Assembly (NCBI RefSeq): GCF_902652985.1
Contig: NC_047030.1
Location: 24,428,001 to 24,492,000, forward strand
DNA: 64,000 nt
Direction: 5' to 3'
DNA from: Pecten maximus
Lineage: Eukaryota
Shown: piece by piece, positions 1 to 13,199 of the stretch
Numbering within the stretch: the first letter of the stretch is position 1
How the letters are laid out: each line of letters starts with the position of its first letter
Translations under genes and position numbers: made by a program
The notes under the pieces: model-generated
Databases searched by the model: none
What the model was told of the DNA's origin: nothing
The model's input: only the letters and a program-made list of their open reading frames with translations

Positions 1-1399
1 TTGGCGTCATTTGGTGATGTCATATTTATAACTGTTGCATACAACAAATCCAGTATTCATTAATAAAATTGGTGTAATATAGTATTGTTTTTGTGTTTCA
101 AAATAATAAGTATGTCTATGATGACTCAGGACATACTTGATTCAACTGTGTTAATTTCAAGTTATCCTATAAATTTAGCATCTATCATATGTTCAAACTT
201 GGATAGGTCAGAAGTACATTTAATGAACTGTGTGAAGTAACATGAATATTATAAAAAAAAAAAAAAAAAAATAAGGCGAATGAAATGACTCTGTATACCT
301 TTATAAGATTGTACTTGCTATCTTCATTTGTCCACAAACAGTATGAAAATATGTATTTGATACTTAACATTTGACTGTATGTTAGTTTTCCCCCTACCTG
401 TATACCTGTATGCACAATGTATAAAAGTTTAAAATACATGGGATGTCTATATAGTTTATCATTTGCTCATAAGCGAAATGATGTTTGTTTTCATAAAATA
501 TTTATTATTTAGGTGAGGTAATAATTATGTGTGTGTATGGGTGTGTGTGAGTGAGTGACAGAGTCAATATGTATGTATGTGGTAGACAAGTTATGCATGT
601 CTAATTTGTATATTACTGTATTGGTTGTATGTGGACTTTATAGTGTATAAGTACATGTATGGCATGGTAGCTGGATTGAAAGTATAGGGTTAGGTTTATA
701 CTTAACTTTCGCATTAATTTGGTGGTGTCTTTGTTTTTTCCTTATCCAAACGGCAAGAACGACTTGCATACCCCAGAAGGAATGGAATGAACTTGGAGAA
801 AGCTTATTTTGGCACGGGATGTGACGGACATTTGTATTAGATGAATGTTTTGAATAGTGATTAGTTTATCCTTAACCGTCTGGAGGAGGAAAAAACTCCC
901 ACACTACCCCACCAAAACTACATGTACAGTGTATTATAAGAGTCCACACCTACCATAGCCAGTGTTGTACTTTGAAGCATGATTATGTATATCTATCCGT
1001 TTAATAACTAGTCTATCTGTACACGTATACATGTTACATATGTACATTTGAGTGCATGTACTAACGGGTTGTATGTAAGTTAGTGTGTTTCACGGGGTGT
1101 TTTTCCCAGCCATTTGTTTATAAATTCTTCATATATGAATAAGTCCTTATTTTGATAAATGTCTCCTCTCGTTTTTTGTTACTCAACAGAACCATGTTGC
1201 TTTACGTGACTGTGATTATACGACTCATGGTCTTTTTTTACATGCCATCTTTCAAATTTATATGTACATATTGTGACTTCCTTTTTTGCTTACTTAAGAT
1301 GTCCTTACTTTTAGAATCCATGTATCTAACCTTTTGCTGTACTGCAAGTTTGTCTGAATGTAAACCCAATCGCCTAACAAACTACTCGCGTTTCCTGTT

Positions 1400-4300
1400 T
1401 TGATAATGGGTAACGATTATATGAGCCATAGAATGGCGATTGGTGTTTTCTATTCCAAGGCTTACAGTTATTGTTTGATTAAGTCGAACTTTATTTTTCT
1501 TCTAAAAATCAGTGAAATTTTAAAAATGAATCATTACATTTTTCACTATTTACATTGTATAGTTGCCAATAGTTTTTCTTGTTTCCATAATCTGGATTTT
1601 TCGCTAGTACTTGTATTATTGATTCTACAATTTATGGATGTTAAGCCGAATCCTGGTCCGAGCCTTGACGAGCTTTCACTTTTTCACTTGAATATTAGAA
1701 GCGTTCGAAATAAATTAGAATATGTCGAAGATATAATCAGTGAATATGACGTAATATGTTTAACCGAAACCCATCTTGATGACAGAATATCGTCTGACAA
1801 TTTGACAATCGAAGGTTTTCGTGCCCCTTTTAGACGTGATAGAAACTACGCGGGTGGGGGGATTCTTGTGTACGTTAAAAATTTATTAAATGTTACTAGG
1901 TTACATCATCTAGAAAATCCAGAGGATGAAACAGTTTGGGTTCAGATTAATTAAAAAAATTACCCAATTATTGTATGTACCGCCTACAGACCAGAACATT
2001 CCACTGCGATATTTTGGGAACATCTTCGCGCTTCTTTAAGTAATGCTTTTGATCTGTCTTCAAACGTAATTGTAACGGGTGACCTAAATGTAGACTTATT
2101 AACTGTTCAACCCACTCACATTTTCTGTGACATCATTAATTCCTTCAGTTTCGTAAATGTTATAAATGAACCAACACGGTTTGGGCAGACAAGAAATACT
2201 CTACTTGACCCTATACTTTTATCTGATTCTCTTCCAGTTCTATTTCTTCAACTGTTGCTATCGATAGGAATATTAATGACCATGATGGCTGTATGACTAG
2301 CATCAAAGTACCCGGAATTATTTCTCCGAGTTATATACATAAAGTTTGGATTTATAGAAGAGCTGACTTTTATCGTTTTAATAATCTGTTATCTGAGTAT
2401 AATTGGGAAAATATGATTTCAAATTGCGATTCTGTAGATTTAGCTTGTGATCGTTTTACCGATTTATTTTTACAATTTGCTAATCAATGTATCCCCTCTA
2501 AAGAAGTTTCTATTAGACCTAATGATAAGCCGTGGATGAATTCGGAAATAAGGAAAAATATCAGATTCCGTTATAGGTTACATAAAAAGGCCAAAACGAC
2601 AAAACGCGATCCGGATATTAGGAAATATAAAGACCAGAGAAATAAAGTTAATAACATGAAAAAAAATGCACGCTTAATTTTTTATGAAAATGTTCATGGT
2701 CTTATTGACGAGTATTATAGTTCGGATCCTAAATCTTACTGGCGACTTGTTAAACGTCTTATGAAATCCAATATGTCAACTGAACAGATTCCAACTCTTA
2801 TACATACTGATTCTAATTCTCTAGCCACTACAGACTCCGAGAAAGCTAATCTATTAAATAAATACTTTTGTGGCATTACCAGTCTTGATGACAGTGAACA
2901 TGTATTACCATTTTTTTCCATCTAGAACTAATAATACATTAAGTAATATAATAGTTACACAAAGTGAAGTTAAAGATGTTTTTAAAATACTGAAACTCGG
3001 CAAGGCATCTGGCCATGATGGAATCAGCCATCAAATGTTGAAATATACTGTTGAGTCTGTTTGTATACCATTAACATTTAACTTTTCCTTATCAACATGT
3101 GTTTATCCAGATGTATGGAAAACTACTAATGTTATGCCTCTATTCAAGAAAGATGATAGGTATTCTGTAACTAATTATAGACCAATTTCTCTTATATCAA
3201 CAGTAGGAAAAGTGTTCGAGAGAGTTGTGTACAAACATATGCATACTTTTATGTTAGAGAATTCATTGTTTTATCAGTATCAGTCAGGTTTCATGCCAGG
3301 TCATTCCACTGTTTTTCAGTTAATTGAACTATACCACAACATCTGTTTGGCCCTCGAAGAAAAAAAGCACATGTGCATAATATTTTGCGACATTTCCAAA
3401 GCTTTTGATCGTGTATGGCATCGGGGACTTATTACTAAGTTAAAATCATATGGTTTTACTGGTGAACTTATAAAATGGCTTGAAAATTATCTTTCAAATC
3501 GTAAGCAGAAAGTCTGTATAAACAATTCATTTTCATCTCTTAGTACGATTAAAGCCTCAAGGCTTGATTCTAGGACCTCTTCTATTTCTGATATACATAA
3601 ATGATATAGCCGATTTTCTTGAATCAGTTTCTAGACTCTTTGCAGATGATACTTCTCTTTTAGTTTCCTCCCACTCCTGTCAAGAGATAGAGCAAATACT
3701 TAACAGAGATCTTGAAGTATTGAGCACCTGGGCTAAAACATGGTTAGTTATGTTTAACCCTAATAAAATCGAAATGATTTTCATATCTAATTCAAACGAA
3801 ATTGAAGCAGACCTTGATATTGTTTTTGATGGAATTTTTGTAAATTTTACTGAGACTCACCTGCATCTTGGTGTATTAATCAGTTCATCTGTTAAATGGG
3901 GAGATCATGTTAATTCTATAAACAAGTCAGCTATGAAAAAGATCAATATGTTAAGGAAATTGAAATTCATATTAAAACAAGATGCTCTACTTAGAATTTA
4001 CAAAACTTTTATTTTACCTATTTTAGAATACGCATGTGAACTTTGGGACGGGTGTTCAATATCAGACTCGATTAAATTAGTATTAGTCCAACGTGAGGCA
4101 GCACGAATTATCACTGGTTTACCATCATATGTAAATGTTTCAGTTTTATACTCAGAAACGAGCCTTGAGACACTCTCTGAGAGACGAAAACGCAGAAAAT
4201 TAAGTCTATTCTACAAAATGGATAGGAACTTAACTCCACATTATCTTAATTCTCTTCTTCCTCCAAATGTCGGCGATACTAACAACTACATCTTACGAAC

Positions 4301-4967
4301 TAACAATAATTACAGAATTCCTCACTACAGACTCTCCCTTACTACCTCCTCCTTTATACCTTCATCTCTACACATGTGGAATGACCGGGATGAATCTACT
4401 AGATCATCTCCTTCCTTGGCAACTTTAAAAAAAAAGTATATCCAGGTCTGATGAAGAAAAATACCCAACATTTAATAATTTTGGTGACAGAAAGACAAAT
4501 ATTATCCATACTAAATTACGACATAGATGCAGTGCATTGAATTATGATTTGTTCCGTGTAAATCTCATAAATAGTCCAGGTTGTAGTTGTGGAAATCGTT
4601 GCGAGAGTGCCTATCATTATTTCTTTGAATGTGAAAATTATGTAAATTGCAGAGGCATTTTATTTGACAATTTAAGAAACTTAAATATTAATATAACATT
4701 GAATGTTTTATTGTATGGTAACAATCTGTATGCCGATAATGTAAATCTAAATATTTTCAGACATGTGCATTATTTTATAAAGTCCAGCTAAAGATTTTAT
4801 GATATACATTCGTACATATATATACATGTATATAATGTGTTATATTTCATTAATATTGTCAAGGCCAATACATATTATATTGTATTTAGGAGAGGGCGTC
4901 AATAAGTTGACATAACTTGTGTCTTATCCTTTTGTTCACTTAATTGACAATAAAGTAAGTTTAAACT
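1400..4967 (+). mobile_element. Decayed non-LTR retrotransposon (CR1/L2 group) ORF2: APE endonuclease + reverse transcriptase + C-terminal Cys/His region, with 3' UTR
   Basis: APE motifs (HLNIRS, CLTETHL, RRDRNYAGGG), PWMN, NYRPISL, QSGF, DISKAFDRVWH, LGPLLFLIYIND, FADD and C-terminal CSCG..ESAYHYFFEC. Split over 5 ORFs by a stop (1952-1954) and frameshifts (~2910, ~3560, ~4430). AATAAA at ~4949. 5' boundary uncertain. Confidence 0.93.
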
Positions 4968-5209
4968 ATGTATATAATGTATCTTAAATCATACATAAGC
5001 TTGATGTAGACGTGATAATTATAGATATTTATATGTATCCCATTGTATTGAAGATCACATATACTTAATTTTGATGTAGATTTTATACTTACAGGTATGA
5101 TTAACAATTCATATATATAAATACACTTACTGCCTACGCTTCACTGTCTACTTTCCACTGTTTACTGCCTACTGTTTAATATGTACCGTCTACTATCGAC
5201 TGCTTACTA

Positions 5210-7757
5210 TCTACTGTCTATTATGTACTGCTTACTGTCAATGCCTTACTATCTACTGTCGTCTGTTTATTATGTACTGCTTACTGTCAATGCCTAACTA
5301 TCTACTGTCGTCTGTCTATTATATACTGCTTACTGTCAATGCCTTACTATCTACTGTGGTTTGTCTATTATCTACTGCTTACTGTCAATGCCTTACTATC
5401 TACTGTCGTCTGTCTATTATATAATGCTTACTGTCAATGCCTTACTATCTACTGTGGTCTGTCTATTATATACTGCTTACTGTCAATACCTTACTATCTA
5501 CTGTGGTCTGTCTATTATCTACTGCTTACTGTCAATGCTTTACTATCTACTGTCGTCTGTCTATTATATACTGCTTACTGTCAATGCCTTACTATCTACT
5601 GTGGTCTGTCTATCATATACTGCTTACTGTCAATGCCTTACTATCTACTGTCGTCTGTCTATTATATACTGCTTACTGTCAATGCCTTACTATCTACTGT
5701 CGCTTGTATATTATATACTGCTTACTGTCAATGCCTTACTATCTACTGTGGTCTGTCTATCATATACTGCTTACTGTCAATGCCTTACTATCTACTGTGG
5801 TCTGTCTATTATATACTGCTTACTGTCAATGCCTTACTATCTACTGTGGTCTGTCTATTATATACTGCTTACTGTCAATGCCTAACTATCTACTGTGGTC
5901 TGTCTATTATATACTGCTTACTGTCAATGTCTTACTATCTACTGTCGTCTGTCTATTATATACTGCTTACTGTCAATGTCTTACTATCTACTGTGGTCTG
6001 TCTATTATATACTGCTTACTGTCAATGCCTTACTATCTACTGTCGTCTGTCTATTATCTACTGCTTACTGTCAATGCCTAACTATCTACTGTCGTCTGTC
6101 TATTATCTACTGCTTACTGTCAATGCCTTACTATCTACTGTCGTCTGTCTATTATATACTGCTTACTGTCAATGCCTTACTATCTACTGTCGTCTGTCTA
6201 TTATCTACTGCTTACTGTTAATGTCTTACTATCTACTGTCGTCTGTCTGTTATATACTGCTTACTGTCAATGCCTTACTATCTACTGTCGTCTGTCTGTT
6301 ATATACTGCTTACTGTCAATGCCTTACTATCTACTGTCGTCTGTATATTATATAATGCTTACTGTCAATGTATTACTATCTACTGTGGTCTGTCTATTAT
6401 CTACTGCTTACTGTCAATGCCTTACTATCTACTGTGGTCTGTCTATTATATACTGCTTACTGTCAATGCCTTACTATCTACTGTGGTCTGTCTATTATCT
6501 ACTGCTTACTGTCAATGCCTTACTATCTACTGTGGTCTGTCTATTATATACTGCTTACTGTCAATGCCTTACTATCTACTGTCGTCTGTCTATTATATAC
6601 TGCTTACTGTCAATGCCTTACTATCTACTGTCGTCTGTCTATCATATACTGCTTACTGTCAATGCCTTACTATCTACTGTGGTCTGTCTATTATATACTG
6701 CTTACTGTCAATGCCTTACTATCTACTGTCGTCTGTCTTTTATATACTGCTTACTGTCAATGCCTTACTATCTACTGTCGCCTGTATATTATATACTGCT
6801 TACTGTCAATGCCTTACTATCTACTGTGGTCTGTCTATTATATACTGCTTACTGTCAATGCCTTACTATCTACTGTCGTCTGTCTATTATATACTGCTTA
6901 CTGTCAATGCCTTACTATCTACTGTCGTCTGTCTATTATATACTGCTTACTGTCAATGCCTAACTATCTACTGTGGTCTGTCTATTATATACTGCTTACT
7001 GTCAATGCCTTACTATCTACTGTCGTCTGTCTATTATATACTGCTTACTGTCAATGCCTTACTATCTACTGTCGTCTGTCTATTATATACTGCTTACTGT
7101 CAATGCCTTACTATCTACTGTCGTCTGTCTTTTATATACTGCTTACTGTCAATGCCTTACTATCTACTGTCGTCTGTCTATTATATACTGCTTACTGTCA
7201 ATGCCTTACTATCTACTGTCGTCTGTCTGTTATATACTGCTTACTGTCAATGCCTTACTATCTACTGTCGTCTGTCTATTATATACTGCTTACTGTCAAT
7301 GCCTTACTATCTACTGTCGTCTGTCTATTATATACTGCTTACTGTCAATGCCTTACTATCTACTGTCGTCTGTCTATTATATACTGCTTACTGTCAATGC
7401 CTTACTATCTACTGTCGTCTGTCTATCATATACTGCTTACTGTCAATGCCTTACTATCTACTGTGGTCTGTCTATTATATACTTACTGTCAATGCCTTAC
7501 TATCTACTGTCGTCTGTCTATCATATACTGCTTACTGTCAATGCCTTACTATCTACTGTCGTCTGTCTATTATATACTGCTTACTGTCAATGCCTTACTA
7601 TCTACTGTGGTCTGTCTGTTATATACTGCTTACTGTCAATGCCTTACTATCTACTGTCGTCTGTCTGTTATATACTGCTTACTGTCAATGCCTTACTATC
7701 TACTGTCGTCTGTCTATTATATACTGCTTACTGTCAATGCCTTACTATCTACTGTAT
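5210..7757. repeat. 49-bp tandem repeat (~52 copies) made of seven 7-bp subunits
   Basis: Unit TACTGCT TACTGTC AATGCCT TACTATC TACTGTC GTCTGTC TATTATA. Degenerate heptamers continue on both flanks (5125-5210, 7757-7985). Confidence 0.97.
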
Positions 7758-8030
7758 ATTTCCCACTGCTTTCTGTGTACTATCTACTATCGACTGCTTA
7801 CTACTTACTGTCGACTATCTGCTGCTGACTGCCAACGCCTTATTGTCTACTGTCTACTGTCCATTGTCTACTGCGTACTGCTGACTTGTCTATTCCTTCT
7901 TGTCAACTGCCCACTATCTATTGTATACAGTCAACTGGTTACTGCTTACTGACAACTAATAATGCATATACCGTCTACTGCCAACTTCCCAGTGGAGAGT
8001 ACAGGATGTAATACTGTCTGTGTGTAACAG

Positions 8031-8187
8031 CAGTATACAGTAGCATGTAGGGGTGGGCAGTAGACAGTATACAGTAGCATGTAGGGGTGGGCAGTAGACA
8101 GTATACAGTAGCATGTAGGGGTGGGCAGTAAGCAGTAGACAGAAGCAGTGAGAGGAAAGCAGTAAGCAGTAGGCAATAAGCAGTAAA
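8031..8187 (-). repeat. Inverted heptamer-based repeat arm including 3 copies of a 34-bp unit
   Basis: CAGTATA CAGTAGC ATGTAGG GGTGGG CAGTAGA x3, then CAGTAAG/CAGTAGG units; these are the reverse complement of the TACTG-type heptamer. Confidence 0.85.
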
Positions 8188-8615
8188 TTCCATCCCAGGA
8201 ACGGGAGCGCACGATATCAGCTGTTCCAAGAAATGCAACATTTTAGAGACTCTTCGCAATATATTTCATTTTATGTCTGCCTTTTTTAATTTTCGCTCGT
8301 AAAATGTGAGGTACGAAAATGTGAATGTAAGTACTGAACTGTTTCCGGTTATGTTTATAGGTGATATGAACCCCTGATTTTGCTATGATTGCTGAAATAT
8401 ACAGATGAGCGATGCAGGAATTCAGGGGCTCTTGTTATTTTCATAATTTAAGCACCTTTCATTATTCACTGTTGGGTATAGGAAATATCTTAAAGTGTGT
8501 TTTATTTCTATTTTTCTTCTACAATTCTTTGGATTGGAAGAGTCAAATGTATGATTTGCAACATATTATGCATATAATAAAAGCATAATTAAAGTCAATA
8601 TTTTTTTTCCTCCAG

Positions 8616-11600
8616 GCAAGACAAAGATGTGTTCCGAATACCTTTTATCGGGATTCTCTGGTGTTCCGAATGAAGCGTTTACGGCCTCTAGCTCGTTTTC
8701 AGGACAAGATGATTTTAGTCCTGATAATGCACGGCTGTATTATGAAAGACATAACCCCCAAAGCTCTTCAGGATGGTGTTCGGATACCATAGACGCAAAC
8801 TCATACATACAAGTAAATCAATCTTAACTCGACGTTACTGTATTTTAAGTAAACTTATCATAATGGAAAATTGAACGAGGCGGTGAATAATGAACGGTAA
8901 AACGTATCTTAAACATTTGAACTTTAATAAATCGATCAACTGTATAGTTGTTTAATTTCTGGGTATTAAATTTTGCCCAACGCCGCCTTGTTAGCATTCT
9001 GTAGGAAACATTTGTGTGTATACAGTAAAAGTGAATTGTGTTCGAATACATCAGATGAGTCAATTTTGTTTTGTCCCACCACGTTATCGGACATACAAAT
9101 GTATGTATGGTACACAACTGATGAATTTGGGCTATTTATGTCATTGTATATTCCGTACATAAAAAAACGAACCGCCGAATAGGTCGAATAATCTTCTTGG
9201 TCCCGTCGACTTCGACTTATCCGTGTTTTACTATATATGAAAATGAAATGAGTTTTTATATTCGCGTTATTTCTAATGACCACAAATTCAGCGAGTTTAA
9301 GTACCTCGCGAATATTATAAACTATACAGTAACAAAGCTATCTTACACCGATACAATTTGAATCATTACAACTTCTAATGTGACATGCTATTTTACAGGT
9401 AGAACTAGAAACACAAGCGACCATAGATTCCGTATCACTACAGGGCCGTGGTGACTATGGACAATGGGTAAAGGAGTTTTACTTACAGTACAGTACAGCC
9501 AATGTTTCCTGGAAAACTGTGCTGGCGTCTGACAGTCAACCTAAGGTAATGTCATTTCGGAAACTATCGATACATAGCATACGATTGTATGTTGTACAAT
9601 GAACCATGACGTCCTTAAACATATAAATAGCATGCAACGATAACCTAGAGATATTTTAGAACGCTTTTGATCAATACAGAAAGTCAAAAAAATGTGAAAT
9701 TTAGCTTGAAAATTTGGCTTTGTCGTCCATTTGCGGTTAATGCATCAATTGTATTGAAATAAGAACGTTAAGTTTTTTAAAAAAGGTTAAGTACAACAAA
9801 GAATATCGACATAGAAATAAAACTCAAAATCAATTTCACTGTCTTATACGGGTATTTTGTCCACATTTTTGACGCAAAGAGATAACCAATGTTAAACAAT
9901 GAAATCGGGGTACATTAATTATTCCTAGATATAAAGAAGCCAATAATGAATTAATGAATCGGTTCAATACGTTAATAAAACAACAGATAATACAAACACA
10001 ATAACGAAACCATAATTTAAATTTAAAATCGATAAAACTAGGGCGAAATGGTAACAACAATATATAGATTTAGATGGATTCCCTTGACAAAGTACAAGGA
10101 GAACAAGACCAGGTATCCCAGGAAAGCAAGCGTCTCCTGCTCAGACGAGAGCACTAGTGTTTATTCTTTATATTAGCAATGGTTGATTTAACACACTTAT
10201 ATATTCAAATTACATTTCAGTTATTTACCGGAAATACTGACAAAAACACTGTTGTTAGAAGTGACGTCAGTCCCCCCAATCACAGCTAAGTACTTCCGGA
10301 TCAACGCTAGGTCATGGGTGAGTCGACCGTGTCTGAGATTCGACCTAGGTGGATGCAAACATCTACCAGAAGGTAAGTTAGAATGGTATCTGATAAGAAC
10401 ATGAGTATGCATGTTAACGTGCTTACTTATTCATTCTCTCTTTTTTTTTAATCCATTATTATTCTGAACGAGAATCGCTTTCATAGCTTTATTTCTGCTA
10501 TGAACCTTATGATTTAACATAAAATGATAAGGAACTTGTATTAATGGATTAGTATATGTGAAGTGACGAATATTTATTACCTTTTTGAGTGTATTTGCCT
10601 ACTATGAACACTTTAGGTCATTAGGATCACATGAAGGACGAAGCAGCTGTGTGGTGTACAGCCACTGAAGTCAGTTTGGCTCTACTGTATCTTACTTTAA
10701 ACATTGTTTTGAAAGTTGCTGATATCTTGTGCGGCTTTTGTATTATCCTTCCTTCATACATAGTATACCTTTAGCACTTGTTTAATGTATATCTTCTCTT
10801 TTGTGCCGTTCACTCCACAATTTTGATGCATTTATCTTTAGTAAAATATCACTTAAGTGCATGTTTCCAATGAGATCAATCACGCATATGCTTTTTACAG
10901 GACACTTACAGACGAATCATTACAAATGAATCTCTGTTTAACCTCTGTATGTTACAGTGGGCGCGACGATACAAAGTCGGTACGCCCTTGCCTCGATACC
11001 ATCCATCTCGAACCTGGGCCAGCTTATCAACCTCCAGCCACCTGGGACCTCCCTACAGCACTGTGGTATCGCCTGTCACAGAGAGAATGGATGTGTGTCG
11101 TTCATATTTGATAGTGTTACTCAAACCTGTCGGGGTTACCCCTCTATTAGGAAAACATCGTATTCCAGGGACGAAAAACCCTACTACTACAATGCAGGTA
11201 GTGTTTTTTGTTGTTTTTTTTCCCCACATGCAGCAAAAACTCTACGAAAGCTCTGGTGCTTGTTACACTGCTCTTCTGATGTCTTCTTCTTTCTGAAGAC
11301 AGGCTTTGATAAAAAAAAATGTGATCATATAGTTTCTTAGATTCGTTACTTTGTTCATATTTCGCTACAATATCTTAATGAAAGAGTTTTCTTAAATCCT
11401 TTGCTTTGTTCATTTTCGCAGTGTATGACCGTAGTCAAGGATACAAGCATACCGAGTCTGGAAACTTCTCTTACAAAGTAATTGAAATGAGACAGAATAA
11501 GGCCAATGCCTCTGCTTTGTGTGTGTCCCAGGGATCCTGGCTGGCCAATGTCAGAACATTGGACCGCCAAACCGTCCTACAGACTGCGATACAGCAGAAT

Positions 11601-12896
11601 AACCTATTAAGTAAGGGGTTGTAATGACATCATCAGGCTATTATTTACGGTGTTACATTATAATCTGTATGTCTATTTGCCAAAATCAAGAAAGACCTTA
11701 AATAACAAAGTACATGTCATATACATGGTCTATGGTTAGCCTGAAACTTACTGTTATAAGAATTGATCAAATCATTTCGTTTTAAGGGGATTCTAAACAG
11801 CGAATCAAGTCAAAACAGTTATATTTTACAAGCCTATAAATTCCTACTATGGTGAAATTTAACAGAAGTAACAGGATGAACTTTAAGTATGTACCATGGT
11901 AAATCATGGGACTTGCTGTTGACATGTAATATGTTAAGCTGTTTGTAAATTTCAAGAAAACATGCGGAAAATTATGTTTCATGGGAATATAATTCGCTCA
12001 TTTTTATCGCTTAAATTGCACCAAATAGCCATGTCGTTTTGCTCACAAGAGTCTTAAGCACAAATTACGAGCATTGATTTGACCAGAATTTACTTAATAA
12101 TATGTAAATGCCTTTATGCCATATTTGTGTAATATCATTCACAGCCGATATTTGCATTTCAAGATCGAAATTACATGTTTACATGTACATAAAGTCAAAT
12201 CCGGTCCAAAAACGCCCCAACTCTGTGTTAAACACACATGTGAGCATAACAGCTTAGCTATTTTTCAGGTTTGATTTATTGCGTGACTTAGAAATATTCC
12301 ATGCTACATCTTACCACAAAGTAATATACACGTAGTGACTCTTTAGAAAAAAATGTTACGTGTTATGTGTCATTGGTGAGTTTAGGAAACTACGTGTCCA
12401 AACAAACATTTTAGTATATCATATCACTATTTCTCTGCAATATTTTAGATAGTTATTCGTGTTTGAAATCGAACATTATTCTCCTATATAGATGACCCTT
12501 AATTGCACCAGAGTAGTGACTTGTGAAAACATTTCGCTGGATTTGTTATTTAGATGACCCTTAAAACCCAGTCTTTGTCTTGACCACTTTGCGAATTCAT
12601 ATTTTCTTTACAACAGTCTTTTTTCTTTGGTTTGACAACAGTTACATTAAATTGGTTATACGCGGTGTTTTTGTGCTGAAATTAGTCTAATTGTTATTGC
12701 AGAGCAAGACTTTCGGTTCTACGTGTCAGGACAATACACGACACAATGGCAGCACAGTGATGGTGCCGTCATCGATATCACACTGTGGTCACCTTCGAAC
12801 CCAGACCCAGCACAAGGTCACTGCGTCATGCTGACACAAAACGGTCTTTCTAGTGTTGACTGCAGTACAATGTTATTTTTGATATGTGAACAATGA
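8616..12896 (+). CDS. Multidomain lectin-like protein: F5/8 type C (discoidin) + PAN/apple + C-type lectin domain; 5' exon not found; +1 frameshift in exon 3
   Basis: Exons 8616-8812, 9399-9545, 10221-10372, 10958-11197, 11422-11610, 12703-12896, all GT-AG. Discoidin: FTASS..ARL..GWC..YIQ|VEL..SVSLQGR..QWVKEFYLQYS..LFTGNTD..(PPITAKYFRI)..CLRFDLGGC. PAN: CGIACHRENGCVSFIFD..TC. CTLD: ALCVSQGSWLA..W..W.PSNPD..HCVML..DCSTMLFLICEQ*. AATAAA at ~13025. Confidence 0.85.
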
Positions 12897-13199
12897 AAAA
12901 AAAACAAAAAACAAAAAAAACCCAATGATATGAGTAAAGTAAAGAGGTTTACCTGTAATACCTGTGATTTACCCGTGTTACCAACAGACACTTGTATTAC
13001 ATATATAGCATGTCCAAGCTTTTGTAATAAAATAAATGTCTGGACATAGACATAACCTCTCACATTGGTACAGACGAAGAGTGGATTTGTGATTAATGCC
13101 TAGATAACATTTCAGCACAATGTGAATTCTACAAATCAACTGACTATATATATATATATATATATATATGTCTTTCAAACTATTCTAAATGGTTTTAAA

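Noticed and set aside
1-1150. Possible ORF1/5' UTR of the LINE, or tail of another element
   Set aside because: No recognisable motifs or TSD; cannot be assigned from this window.
5030-5100. Candidate first (signal-peptide) exon of the lectin gene ending at ACAG|GTATGA
   Set aside because: In-frame stop at 5049 with no ATG after it, and no hydrophobic leader.
5210-7757. CRISPR-like array
   Set aside because: Head-to-tail repeats with no unique spacers, no cas genes, and eukaryotic context.
5339-7952. Long overlapping Cys/Tyr/Leu-rich ORFs in all three + frames
   Set aside because: Artefact of a 49-bp repeat that lacks stop codons on one strand; no splice or start context.
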